Origin: the human T2T-CHM13v2.0 reference genome, Homo sapiens
Direction: 5' to 3' (one strand)
Assembly (NCBI RefSeq): GCF_009914755.1
Contig: NC_060938.1
Length of the DNA: 64,000 nucleotides
The notes beneath the pieces were generated by a model. It saw only the letters and a program-made list of their open reading frames with translations, was not told the origin of the DNA and made no database searches. This document shows positions 43,150 through 58,837 of the stretch, piece by piece; positions within the stretch are counted from its first letter, which is position 1, and each line of letters opens with the position of its first letter. The position numbers and the translations under genes are program-made.

Positions 43150-45718
43150 TGGGAGATGTACGGGAGTGAATCAATCACTCCGCCACTCGCTGCACTGACA
43201 GCATTCATCCGCGTGAGCAAACTTCTGTGTGGGCAATGCCAGTGAGATTTATTTCTCAGAGCCAGTTTACTGCTTATATTCAGGGTGTCTCATCTTTCTG
43301 GCAATCAGGATAAATTGTGTCTCGGTAATAACATTGTAGCAAGCTATTCTTTACCGTGAGGAGCCTGTAATGACTGTGTCTTACATTTGCATTAATTCTG
43401 ACAAGATTTACTGGTGCTTGCTGATCTGTAAATTTCAAAATGGCAAACAGCAGCAAAGGTCAACACAGCAATAATATTAATAGCTTTAGAAAAAGGTTGA
43501 GAGACTCAGAGATTCCAGATGATAGCTTGAGTGAGGGAAATTCAGTGGATGTTTTTTATCTTCATGGGTCCTATTACTCTACCCTTTCTTTTATGAGGTA
43601 ATTATAGCACCCTAGCAAAGGAAGCATGAGGTCGTAAAGGTCAATAACGGGGAATGTAGTTTAATCATAGGTAATATTTTTCCAGAGTAGATTTATTATT
43701 AACACACTTGGAAAATCTGGTGAGAAGATATAGATCCTTAAGTATTATAGTTTTTATCTACAGCACATAGTTAAAACTTTTTTGAAGGTTAAGGACAACT
43801 CAGTAACATTTACCACTCTTCTTTATAATATATTCCTCATTAAATGAAAAACTCAGGGTTAGAAAAGCATGTTTAAATATAAAGAAATATACTTTCCTTG
43901 ATTTTTTTAGGTTTCTTGTAGGAGAACATCATCCTGGATTTTCTCTCTTGCTTGAAACATTTCCTGATGCCTCTAGAACAAGTTAACCATTCCCCCTTCT
44001 GTATCATCTCTTACCCAGATGGCACAGAGCTTTTTGCTGCTGATGCTCTCTTTGCATTGTCCTGTCATTGTTTTGTTTACTTATACTGCCCCTGTCTATA
44101 CTCTATTTTCTATGGGGTAGGAATTGTGTACTTTTCATGTATAAGAGTACTTAGTTTATAATAGGTGCTTCACAGCTATTGTAGTGAAACCCAGACTACC
44201 TGAAGGCATCTTGGTAACTGTGTACGTTGTAGACAAACACCTCTTTGGTTCATATATGAAAATAACGGTCAGCTAATTTTAGTATATGGAGCAAGAGGTT
44301 CCTGTGGGAAAGATGTTGAATAGCTGTAATGTATAGAACATCCAGATTGCAATCACTGCAACGACATTGATCAAAATAGTTGGACATGGTTTGACTACTC
44401 CAGATATTCATCTTGAAGAAAACCTGGATGAGGTCTTTAGTTTAGGCAACCTGAAGGCCACAAAGCAATGGATGTAGAATAACGGGATCTACTGTGTGGG
44501 AAGAGAACTAAGTGCAGTTTGCTCTATAGTCAAACGTAAGGGGCATTATATCCAGCAAATGCTAAATGATATTGAGAGGTCTGGTGTAAAGCGTGCTAGC
44601 TTTTCTCACTAACGATATGAGGAAAATACTAAAGTGGAAAAGGATATTTATCCTTGTGTATGGATTCTCTTTTTATTTTGTTTCATGTCTTTTAGGCCCT
44701 GTGGTGATCTGAGCCAAGATTTTGCTTATGTTAGAATCCTTATTATGCTTTGTAGGAAAATCTCAATCTTTACCCACAGAGTCTTCATTGACTAGATTCC
44801 AAAGGAAGTTTGGTTCCACTAATGACTTGGTACAAATACTCTTGGATAACTTTTCTGTTTGTGGGCCTGCACTTATTTGTCTTACACTGATCTCTGAATG
44901 CTCTGAGTTTTTCAGGCTAGATATTAAATTTTCCCATATATGCCAATTAAAGAGGCTGTTTTCTGTCTTTTTGGTAAGGAGAGTTGTTTCCTGATTGGGT
45001 TCTGAACCAAAGCAGAGTTTACATTAGGCTGAAGGACTATGGCAGCTACTCTGTGACACAGTTCAATATCCTTGGCAAAAATGGCTCATTGTTTTTCTTT
45101 TGAATCATTAAACATCTGGTGAGATGTGAGCCTTGGGGATATAGACTAAGGATGAAAGAAGGCAAATGTATGTATTTATGTAGACACTTGTCTTGTAATT
45201 GCTAACATGACTAACGTCATAAAGAACAGGAGAATTAAAAGGGATGGCCACCATGGGGAAGAGACTTCTCCCTCTGCAGGTGGACTGTGGTAGAGTGAAT
45301 TACCACCACTAATTCTTCACCTCTCCTTATATCCATGCCCTTTGCTTTGTAATTGGAAGTTATTCCACTGCTGACCAAATGTGCTTTACCACCTTTAACT
45401 TGGAGGTTGGTCTTGTGCGTTGCTTTGGCCAATGGGATGTCAGCAGAAATGGCACAAGCAAAGACTTGAAATATGCTTGGATGGTTGGGCTTTACCTTTT
45501 GTTTGCCATGTAAAGAGTTTCTGCTCCATAGCTGCCATCCTTTCAGCATGGGCACCAGAACGAACATACTGGGGTGAATCTGAGACCAACCTACGAAGAA
45601 TACGTAAGCGCATCAGGATCCTGTAGTTTGAAGCAGGTTTGCCCAGCTGAGGTCAGCTGAATTCCCTCCACATGACCAACAACCCCATGAGTGAATGAGA
45701 GTAAATGGTGGCTGTTTT

Positions 45719-46017
45719 TTTTTGTTTGTTTGTTTTTTGAGGTGGAGTTTCACTCTGTTGCCCAGGCTGGAGTGCAGTGGTGCGATCTTGGCTCAATGCA
45801 ACCTCTGCCTCCTGGGTTCAAAGAATTCCCTGACTCAGCAGTCCAAGTAGCTGGGATTACAGGCAACTGCCACCATGCCCAGCTGATTTTTGTATCTTCA
45901 GTACAGACAGGGTTTCACCACATTGGCCAGGCTGATCTTGAACCCCTGACCTTGTGAACCATCCGCCTTGGCCTCCCAAAGTGCTGGGATTACAGGCGTG
46001 AGCCACTGCGCCTGGCC
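45719..46017 (-). mobile_element. AluS (AluSg-like)
   Basis: Full Alu lacking the 2-bp Sx insertion (ctgaccttgtga). TSD aatggtggctgtttt (45704-45718) / agcggtggctgtttt (46018-46032). Confidence 0.93.
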
Positions 46018-46036
46018 AGCGGTGGCTGTTTTAAGG

Positions 46037-46227
46037 TAATGGTTCTGGACTGGGAACAAGTTTGGTGATGTCTGGAAGTATTTTTGGTTGATACAACTTG
46101 GGGAATGGCATCTAGTGGATAGAGGCCAGAGATGTTGATAAACATCCTATAATACACAAGATAACACCCAACTACAAAGAATTATCCAACCCTAAAACAT
46201 TGATAGTGCTGCTGTAAAGAAGCCCTG
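46037..46227 (+). mobile_element. MER20 hAT-Charlie element
   Basis: tggcatctagtggatagaggccagagatgttgataaacatcctataat. Perfect 8-bp TSD ttttaagg (46029-46036 / 46228-46235). Confidence 0.9.
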
Positions 46228-48299
46228 TTTTAAGGAAATTGCAAATTGATACCCTCATTATCTTCTACTAAATGCTCTCTGGCCCCTAGAAAAGAAGAGT
46301 TATAATTGGTCAGAGGCCAAAACCGTCATTGGACCAAAGCTTACTAGTGAGCAGAATTTTTATGCATTAATGCATGACTCTAAGCTATGTGTTATCTTGT
46401 GTTTTTGTCACCATAGTAAATAAACCTAGGTAGGACCTATGTCCTTAGGGGTAAATTCAACCATCTCCCTCTTTTCTTCTTCCCCCTTTTCTTTCTCTAG
46501 GACCTGCTTTTCATTTTTTTCTCACTCCTGTTCTTTCTTTTTGGATACTTTTGAGCTTGCCTCAAGGGCCCATGATATTAGGTTTGGTTTGATTAATCAT
46601 GAGGACTTTCTGTTATTTGCTCGGCTATAAATAAAATGGTACTTTGATTTCTGTTCTGCTATTTTTCTTAGTGCGTGGGACTCCCCTAGGAACTCTGCAG
46701 AGAAAAAGGGTGTTTGATGTGACAGAATGCAAGCAGTTCTTGGTCTCAGGAGGGACTACCATCAAGTAGCACTGAAATTTCTCCCTTAGATCCTCAGCTT
46801 CTCAGTTGTTAAGTTGTCTGGTAAAAATGTTAAATTCAATTGAAGTTCAAAGAAGGAGGTATAGAAGTCACTGGGTAAGACTTAATGAAGAAAATGAGAA
46901 ACATTCAACAACTGTTTATTGAACCAATTTCGAATAGGTACCCTTGGCTTTTGAGCATTCAGCCTTTCAAATTGTAGCCACAACATTTTTCCCAGTCTTA
47001 TCTACCACAATTTTCTGTTTGTTTGTTTCTTGTACTCCACATGCTAAACCAGAAGACATACCGCTGTTCAAACAAGCCTGTAGCTTTACACTGCTGTGGT
47101 GTTGTATGTGCTATTCTTTGTGCATCTAACTAATTTCCCTGAATCTATGGAACCCTTTGCATTTTAATGTTTATAACCAATATCTAATGTCGGTTTCTTT
47201 TTTTTATCTATGTTATATTTTCTTCCTTCAAACTTCTTAGAATTGTGTTCATGTATCTCTTGATGTTTCCAAATTTCTGACAGATATTAATCTTTGGTAG
47301 TCAGGAATGAGAAGTAGGAATTTCCAGGAATACTTTGGAATTCCTGAAGCTTTAAGTTAATCTTAAAATAATTCATTATTTTTATATTATGATTTCTCAA
47401 AAGGTGAAATTAATAGAGAATGTTAATTTAGGAGTATTTTACAAAGAGAATAGCCAAGAATGAACATTCAAACACTGGAAAATGCCAGTCAATGTTACTG
47501 AGTAGTGTTTGAACAGTATAAAATTTGGGTGTCTTAGCAAGGTTACCAGCACTACAGAGAATCACTTGTCAAAACTGTCAAGTTAAGGATTTATTATGCT
47601 TCCATTTCTGATTATTTCTTTAAACTTCACTCATAGGATTTGTTTGCAATATAGTATATATATAAACATATTAATATTTATTTTATCTGTAAGAATGACT
47701 ATTAGCAGTAGATAGGAACATATTCATGAATATACCCTTATTATAAGGTACCAGTTACAAACAACACTTACTGACCGGATCATGAATGCTTCCTTCCTAC
47801 TTGCTCCTGGTTCTGGTTCCTGGAAATATAGACTTTAACCTTCAGCCCAGTGTGTCAATATTTTCTGTCTTGCTTTCAATTTGATGTCAGTGATTCCTTT
47901 TACCAGTAATACTTTGTTGTTAATTGTTAAACTTAAATTTGTGCAGAGAAATTATAATACTTTTTTAATTTTCTGATTCCTTGACAGATTTTTACTTGGG
48001 TTTGGGATTTGGCAATACATAAAATTGCCTAAAATATGCCAGGAAGGAATTCCTGCTTGGAAATACTAGTGCTTCTCAACTTACATATTGTCTCCTATAT
48101 GCACATTCAGACTTTCACATAATACAGGCCTGCTAAATCTGCTGTAGGTTTTGTGAAGAACAGCAACATGCTAGATGTAGGCCTTTAGTGAGATTAATCT
48201 AAGAACTGAGAAAAGTCAAATTGCAGGTGGTAGAAAATAAAATGAGAGTTTAATAAATTTAGGTAGAGGTAAATTATAGAATGTGAATTCAGTAATTCA

Positions 48300-48710
<411 letters not shown>

Positions 48711-49974
48711 ACCACAGTGACTTGATAAAGACAATGGGACAGAGAAATAACCTAAGAGATGAGCTATTAAGCTTGGGACTAATACAATTGTGGGGTACTA
48801 ATAGAAATCAAGAATTTGAGAAAAGAATCTGACCTTTATGAAGCACTAGCTAATAAACCAGGTACTATGTTACTCACTTTCATATATTATCTAATTTACA
48901 AATAGAGTAAATTCAAAAAGAAAACGTAATGTGTTTGGAAATCGTATGTGGATTTGGAGGACATGAAACAATCAGTGGTCATGTCCAATTGGCAACTGGA
49001 AATATGGGACTGGAAATAGGTGAGAGGTCAGGGTTACACATGTGTATTTTTTTCTGTTCTCAATATTGTAATTTGTAAAAGCAAAACAATTTTATTACTT
49101 ATATGGAGAAAGTTTGAGTGATCTGGATAGAAGATCAAGCCAACCACGAAGTTCTCTTAAGCCAAAGCCTAATCCAGAGCAAGGCTCGAGCTCTCTTCAA
49201 TCCTATGCAGGCTGATAGAGGTGAGGAAACCGCAGAAGAAAACCTTGAAACTGGAAATTCATTCATGAGGCTTAAGAAAAGAAGTCATGTATATAATATA
49301 ATAGTGCAAGTTAAAGCAGCAAGTGCTGATGTAGAAGCTGCAGCAAACTATCCTGAAAAGTTTTTAATAGCTAATATCATTGATGAAGATGGCTACACTA
49401 AACAATAGATTTTTGATGTAGATGAACCAGCCTTTTATTGGAAGAAAATGCCATCTAGGATTTTCATTGCTGAAGAGAAAAAGTCCATGCCTGCTTTAAA
49501 AGGATAGACTGACTCTTTTGTTAGGGGTGAATGCAGCTGGTGACTTGAAGTTGAAGCCAATGCTATTTCACCATTCTGAAAATTTCAGGCCCTTAAAATT
49601 ATGCTAAATCTACTGTGCTGGTGCTCTATAAATGGAACAACAAAGTCTGGATAATACCACATCTGTTTATGGCATGGCTTACTGAATTCTTTCATAGTAT
49701 TACTGCTCATTGACAACGACCTGGTCACCCAAGAGCTCTGGTGGAGAGGTACAGGGAGATTAATGTTGTTTTCAAGACTGCAAATAAAACATCCATTCTG
49801 CAGTTCATGGATCCTGGAGTCAATTCAACTTTGAAACCTTATTATTTAAGATATATAAATATATATTTTTAAGGCTATAGCAGCCATAGATAGTGATTCC
49901 CCTGATAGTTCTGGGCTAAGTCAACTGAAAAGCTTCTGGAAAGGCTTCACCTTTCTGGATGCCATTAAGAACAT

Positions 49975-50263
49975 GGATGAAGCTGGAAACCATCATTCTA
50001 AGAAAACTAACACAGGAACAAAAAACCAAACACCTCATGTTCTCACTCATGAATGGGAGTTGAACAATGAGAACACAAGGATACAGGGAGGGTAACATCA
50101 CACACTGGGGTCTGTCGGGGAGTGGGAAGCTAGCGGGGGTGATAACATTAGGAGAAATACCTAATGTAGATGATGGGCTGATGGGTGCAGCGAGCCACCA
50201 TGGCATATGTATACCTACATAACAAACCTGTACATTCTGCACATGTATCCCAGAACTTAAGGT

Positions 50264-50341
<78 letters not shown>
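49975..50341 (+). mobile_element. L1PA7-like 3' end inserted in Tigger1
   Basis: cattaggagaaatacctaatgtagatga...gcacatgtatcccagaacttaa. Short TSD gaacat/gaatat. The Tigger1 sequence is contiguous across the insertion. Confidence 0.9.
50262..50341. repeat. Compound (TG)19(TA)17 microsatellite
   Basis: TG run 50269-50306 and TA run 50307-50340, preceded by gtgtgta. Confidence 0.98.
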
Positions 50342-50344
<3 letters not shown>

Positions 50345-51175
50345 TATTTGTGATTAATGGGAGGAGGTCAAAACATCAACATTAACAGGAGTTTGGAAGG
50401 AGGTGATTCCAGCCCTCATGTATGACTTTAAGGAGTTCAAGGCTTTAATGAAGGAAGTAACTGCAGATGTAGTAAAAATAGCAAAAGAACTGAAATTAGA
50501 AGTGCAGCTTGAAGATGTGATGGAATTGCTTCAATGTCATGGTAAAACTTGAATAGATAAGGAGCTGCTTTTTATGGATGAGTGAATAAAATGGTTTCTT
50601 GAGGTGGAATCTACTCCTGGTGAAGATATTGTGAACATTGTTGAAATGACAAAGAATGATCTAGACTACTGCATAAACTTAATTGATAAAGCAGCAGCAT
50701 AGTTTGAGAAGATTGATTCCAATTTCGGAAGAAGCTCTACTGTGGGCAAAATGTTATCAAACGTTTTTATCAAAAATGTTATCAAACATTGCATGCTACA
50801 GAGAAATATTTTATGAAAGGAAGACTCAATTGATGTCATTGTTTTATTTTAAGAAATTGCCACAGTCACTCCAACCTTCGGCAACCACCTTCCTGATCAA
50901 TCAGCACCCATCAATATTGAGGCAAGACCTTTCACCAGAAAAAGAAACCATGACTTATGGAAGTCTATGGTAATTGTTAGAATTTTTAGCAATAAAGTAA
51001 TTTAAAATTAAAGTATGTGCCTTTTTTAGACATAATGCCATTGTACACAGTATAGTATAAACATAACTTTTGTATGCACTGGGAAACCAAAATTTGTATG
51101 ACTCACTTTATTGTGATAGTAGTTTTATTGTATCAGTCTGTGATCTGAACCTGTAATATCTCCAAGCTATGCCTG

Positions 51176-53316
<2,141 letters not shown>

Positions 53317-56314
53317 CCACAGATGTATTTTTGAGGAATAAAAATAGGGTCAATGTTTGCAGCTGTGAGAAATGAATATAGCCCTCCTTGAGATTATCTG
53401 AGCCTCACCACCATTTAGAACAGAACACTTAGGCATGTTAAACTGAAAGGATTTGGGAAAAGTATGTCTTTCCATCATCATCATTGGCTTATGCTGGACA
53501 AATCCCAGGTTATGATTAACTACCTTCCTTCTAAGTTTGAATACAGAACCAAGTTTATTAATTATATAAGAAGCTTCTAAACTTAAGCTGTAATGAATTT
53601 GTTAGGACCTCTTCGGCTTGTGACCTACTATGCTATAACAAAATGACTTTCAGTCTTAGGTTTCAGTGAGCAAATGGCCTTTTTGTGTTTTTGAAATGTA
53701 ATTAAGTTGCTTTTAAAAAAATCAATACCATGGATGATTTGTTGTTAGAATGAAGGAATGTGCAGCAGATATAGTTTTAGGCTTAGATGTCAAGCTCCAG
53801 TGGTATTCTCCATTCTTTTGTTGATTATATGAGTGATTAAGTAATTCACTTGTGGCACTAAAAGAAGTCAGAGGAAAAATAATAAGCTGAACTCTGACTC
53901 CAGAAAATCACCCCACTTACATCTTTGGCTTCTGAAATGTAGCAGACCTAGGAAAAAATAATCCCGTGAGGAAGGAACAGTGACCTTCCAATATAACTAG
54001 TAAACATGACATAAGGATGGGATTGGTCAGGATTTGTGTTAGTATATTCGTTATCATGAACATCTTCTCCTAGAAGAACAATTAAAAAGTGACAAAGAGA
54101 TTGGAAAAGAAAACTAAGAAAGTGGTTAGAAAGTGCCAACATGAATACTTGTGATCTTTTGCTCTCTAAACCCATTTATTTTTCAGTTGTGTGCTTGTCT
54201 TTACTCCTTAAATTTCTTCCTTGACATGTATATTTATAGCTGTTCTTTTGCATAATAACATACTCTGCTTGTTTGAGTTTGATGTGTCTCCTTTAAATAT
54301 ATGATGAATGTAGCTTCTCTGTGTGCTACATGAAGAATATGTCTCACCAGCACAGGAATAATACACTTAAGATGCATTAATGAAACTAGGTTTAAAAGCC
54401 ATTCTTCATTTCATGCCATCCAGCACTCTTCTTTTAAAAAAGAGTAAGTTTATTATTCAAAGCCATATTTAACCAGAAGAATTTCCACCAGTTAGCCATT
54501 CTTTCACAGAGCAGAAATGCAAATTGTATGCTGCTTATAGTCTAAGTGCAACTGTCTTATTGAACATTTTAACAGATTGTAACAATGCTATGATTATAGA
54601 GAATCTATTATGAGAAGTTTTCTAAGTTACAGGCCAAGAATTGCATTGAATTTCAGTCAAAAATGGTACATGTTGAATTGTAATTATTAATAGAGTCTTC
54701 CCACCATTTCAAAAAGAGAGAACACAACAGCTCAATGGTTCTCTTTTCTTTGTTTTGCATTCCCTTAGACAGTTTAAGTGACCACGATGGAATCTCTTGT
54801 TAATTTTTGTCCAAACTTATTTTGCTACCAAATAAATGATGCCATTTTAAAATAATTTGTTCAGCTACTGTGATTTTAAGGTTTCCATTTTTGTTCATTG
54901 AACAAATTCTTAATTATCTCAGGGAAATTGAAATGCTCCACAAATCTTTGTGCAGTCAAAGTTATTTCTGTGAATAATGTACAAACTAACCTCTTGGGAG
55001 CCCATCTATATTTGAAAGGTTTACTAATGGGCTGCTTCTTCCCCTTGCACATATGCTGGTTTATAATTTACAGCAGCCTTCCAGGAGCTATGTCTAATTT
55101 CACAGCCCTGCCACACATCACAGCACATAGCTCTCAGCTGCCACAAATCCCTGGATGGGAACTTTCTGTTCTCTTTTTTGCCTACAGTTTATGGTATTTT
55201 GTTTCTATGGCTTTAGTGTTTCCAATTATTTAACTGAGTCCAAAACATGTTAAGCTTTATGTCATTAAAGAAGTAACTTCCTTCTTTGAAGATATATGTT
55301 TACATTTTTTATAATATTTTTACTTCTCAGTTCAAGACATGGATCATTATCATTTCTTTTTATGATTAGGTGATTGGTTAAGGAGTCAAAACAAGTGGAA
55401 TGTTCTGAGAATATTTTTATGGCTGTTTCACCCATTGTTGTTCATTACCACTCATCGTTCTGCTAGTTCTCTTGCTTCTTCTGCCTCAGCGGATATTTCT
55501 TCAAGAATGAATCTCTTTGGAAATAGCAGTTTTCTTTTATCTTTATGTTTCTTAGGCATATGTTCACAATTAGATTTGTGGGATGGATGAAAGCCAAGTT
55601 AATTGCATTTTATTCTTTTGGTTCTTGATATACATCTTCAAACAGGTTGCTATCATGTTAACTTAATGCCTCCTATATTAGGGGCCTCTATTAAAGAGAT
55701 TGGATTGTGTTATGTTATTTTTAGTTTTTACATTCCCAAGTAATTTAAAGAACTAAATTAAGACTATGTTTTTAGTGTTTTTCCTCCCATTTTCTAATCA
55801 ACTTTTTTCGTAAATATAGCCCATACTTGTTTAATTTTTTATCTTTTCTACTATTTTACTGGTTTTTATTGTTGCACACTATTTTTTGCTTAATTGTACT
55901 TCTGGTTAGATGCAAATTGGATAGATTAGATTTGGGTTCTGAAACTAACAAAGACTTCAGATCTCTTTCTTTCAAGAGGAAACTTTCTTCTTACAAATAG
56001 TGAGAATTTCTTTTTGTCTGCTGAATTTAGAGCATATCCTGTAGTCAAGCCATTTCATTTAATAATGAATCATTTTTTTCACATTGCTTTTAATTTTATT
56101 TTGCTTTTTTTGTATAATCCTAAGAGTTGTGTATTTTAAAGGGAAGAAATTGTTATCTGTCTGTGGTATTTGGAAAGTTAGTTTTTGCACCACTGCTTCA
56201 ATTGATTAAAAGCTGTATTTACAAAAGAATACACCATTAAGAACAAGTTGTTTGTTGCACTAGTCATTCTTCTAAATCTTTTTATTGTCTTTTGAGCTAT
56301 CTCAAAACTAGCTA

Positions 56315-56425
56315 TGGGGACAGGAGATATGCTGTATAGTAACTCTTTCTACATTCTACCCAATTTTTTTGTGAACCTAAAACTGCTCTAAAAAAGTAAA
56401 GTCTATTAATTTTAAAAAAGAAAGA
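56315..56425 (+). mobile_element. Short L1MC/L1MD 3'-end insertion
   Basis: tgtgaacctaaaactgctctaaaaaagtaaagtctatt plus an A-rich tail. TSD aaaactagcta (56304-56314) / aaaactagcca (56426-56436). Confidence 0.75.
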
Positions 56426-57789
56426 AAAACTAGCCAGGTGCCTGAAAAGAAGGAAGATTCAGACTACTTGGACACAGCAGTGTGGGATTACCATGGAAAT
56501 ATAGCATTAAGGCCATAATAGCTGATTTACATTGGTAATACAACATTCTCTTTTTCCTATTAAACTTTTTGTCGGGAGAAATGATTAATTATGTGACATT
56601 TCTTTTTCATTACCTTCTTTGTGATGAGAATATGAGACTGTGAAATGCTTATTACATTTTATGAATGATGGCTGGGTACAGTAACATTTTGATTTGGTTT
56701 TTGACTATACTGTATTGTTAGCCAACGCTCTCATTTGGTTTGACTATGCAGTGTTCTACAGAATGGTTTAAAAGAGTTAGATAATCCCAATGCAGAATAC
56801 TAAGAACCTATATTTCAAAGGCAACATGAATCACAGAAGGCTACTGTCCAATTAAAAGAAGATTGTGGTGAGATATGATAATATCATAATATGAACTATT
56901 CTCATTAAAATATTGGCATTCAAGTTGGACAAGAAACCAATACTACTGAAAGTAATTTATTGCATTTTTCTTAAAACATGCAGTAGCATTGATGAAACAT
57001 TGAGTACTTATAGCATTTTTAATATGAATACAAAAGGCATAAGTTGTTTAAGGATCATAGTTTTGAGTTTTAGGATGTTAGTGTTAATAACTGGGCATAT
57101 TAATTGTAAAAACCCTCATGTGGTGGCAGTAGCTCTGGAACATAGAAAGAAATAAGAATATGGGAAGGATGTAATGTACTTCCTGTTCTATTGGGCAGTA
57201 GGCTGGGCCCCCTGATTCTTTTTTCTTTTTTTTTCTCTTTGCCTCAGACTCTTGTCATAAGACATTCCATTCTCATCGATCTCAATCACCAATCCCTTCT
57301 TGGGTACCACGACAGCACCTCTGTTTTCCTCGGGAAAACAACCAAATATTGAGATCTTGAAAAATCTCAGATGAAAATGTTCAACAAAAATCTCCTTGTT
57401 AATAACAAAGGTTCAATGCTGTGGCAGCTCAGCTGAAATTCCTAAGGTGACTCTGAAATGATTCCATTGTCTGTAGGTTTCTTAGGTTTTTATTAATAGA
57501 GAATGACAATATGCTAGTTGATATACTGTGCCTGTGTACCTCCATCACATTCATAATCACCTTAAAAGCAGCAACATTATATGAATTTATCATTGTATTC
57601 CTCACAGTTTTAAGTATGTGGTACCTTATGTTTAATAGGTATTCAATAAATATTTATATAATTGAGTTGGTATCCTAATAAGAGGAAATGAGCTTACATT
57701 CCACAGCAGATAGGATTTTAATTACTTTCACCATGGAGCTTACTGTGTGGTTATTAAGGGACACTAAATGGCAATTTCTAAATGTCTCT

Positions 57790-57895
57790 TATTTGTTCAA
57801 CTACATTTATTGAGTCCTACATGCCCGGTGTTGCGCTGGGAGCTGTGGACAGAAAGAGAGATCATTAAGAGCCCAGGCCCTCAAGGGGCTTCTAA
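57790..57895 (-). mobile_element. L2 3'-end fragment
   Basis: ttcaactacatttattgagtcctacatgcccggtgttgcgctggg...gccctcaaggggctt. Confidence 0.65.
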
Positions 57896-58682
57896 TAGCA
57901 GGGTATCTTTAGGGATATTTAACTGGAATAGGTGCTAGATTAGATCAGAGGTTAGATAACAGTGTTGCTGAGATCCATATAAGTAGTTTAACTTTTTCAG
58001 TCCATTTAGCCAGACACCGTTCTCTAGGATTTCTCTCAGGCCTGTGTTGCTGGTCACAAGTAGGACCTGGTGATAGAATATGTGTGAATCTGTGTCAAGT
58101 CATTACTGCTATGGGGAAAATTCCTCTAAAACATATTACCAAGGTGATCAGTAGATCATCTCCTTTTACAAAGAACATTTTCACTTCTAACACTATTTTT
58201 ATTTGTGTTGTTCTTCTAGTCTTTCAGTTATGTAAAATAATTCTTTTAAGTTTCTACTCTTATTTAACCCAGGATGCTTGACAGAAATATTGCTTGGTCT
58301 ATGGGAACTTCGTTGTGTAATATCGCTGATTTTAGTTGTTTTATGACAAGCTGTAGTGCTAGTAGCACTTGTCCAAGGTCTGTTAGCCTACCAAGAGTTT
58401 TTGGGAAAATTATTAATAGGAAGCTTTTCTAAGAAGGTGAATTAGAAAGAGGTATCCAACTTTTTTTTCCTATAGGCTGATTCAGCCCACTAGGGCATAG
58501 GGTTTGGTGGGCAGAGCTCACTCATGGATTGGAGTTTAGCCCCACTCATACCCTCTGCCATATCTCCACTTTGTCTTATGTGGTGAAATGCACAACTCTA
58601 GGCGGTGGAGTTGTTAACCTTAAAAAGAGGGCAGATCTTATTTTCATAAAGATTGTCATTTAAAAAATAATAAAACGAGCTA

Positions 58683-58837
58683 CAGGAAACTTTTGGAGAT
58701 GATGAATAGGTTTATGGCATAGATTGTAGTGATGGTTTTATGGGTATATACTTATTTCTAAACTCACCAAGTTGCATACATTAAATATATGCAGCTTTTT
58801 GTAGTCAATCATATCTCAGTAAAGTGGTTAACAAAAA
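58683..58837 (+). mobile_element. L1MB-type 3'-end fragment
   Basis: gaaacttttggagatgatg...aaactcaccaagttgcatacattaaatat...atcatatctcagtaaagtggtt. Confidence 0.75.

Larger units (their letters stand above)
45286..46252 (+). mobile_element. MLT1 (MLT1H-like) MaLR LTR interrupted by Alu and MER20
   Basis: tgtggtagagtgaatta...tatccatgccctttgc...ttgctttggccaatgggatgtcagcaga...cttgaaatatgcttg. 3' boundary approximate. Confidence 0.75.
49076..51175 (+). mobile_element. Tigger1 DNA transposon, 5'-truncated, transposase pseudogene
   Basis: ORF 49118-49408 ([38 protein letters not shown]) is pogo/Tigger transposase. The 3' TIR ...ctccaagctatgcctg is followed by TA. Confidence 0.93.

Noticed and set aside
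44230-44600. Balanced-composition stretch with a ~46-codon open frame (NIQIAITATT...KQWM), considered as an exon or processed pseudogene
   Set aside because: No protein similarity that I recognise and no convincing splice sites or poly(A)/TSD. It would need BLASTX/Dfam to classify.
49118-50973. Domesticated Tigger/pogo transposase (TIGD-like gene)
   Set aside because: 5'-truncated, with multiple stops and deletions, and interrupted by an L1 insertion.
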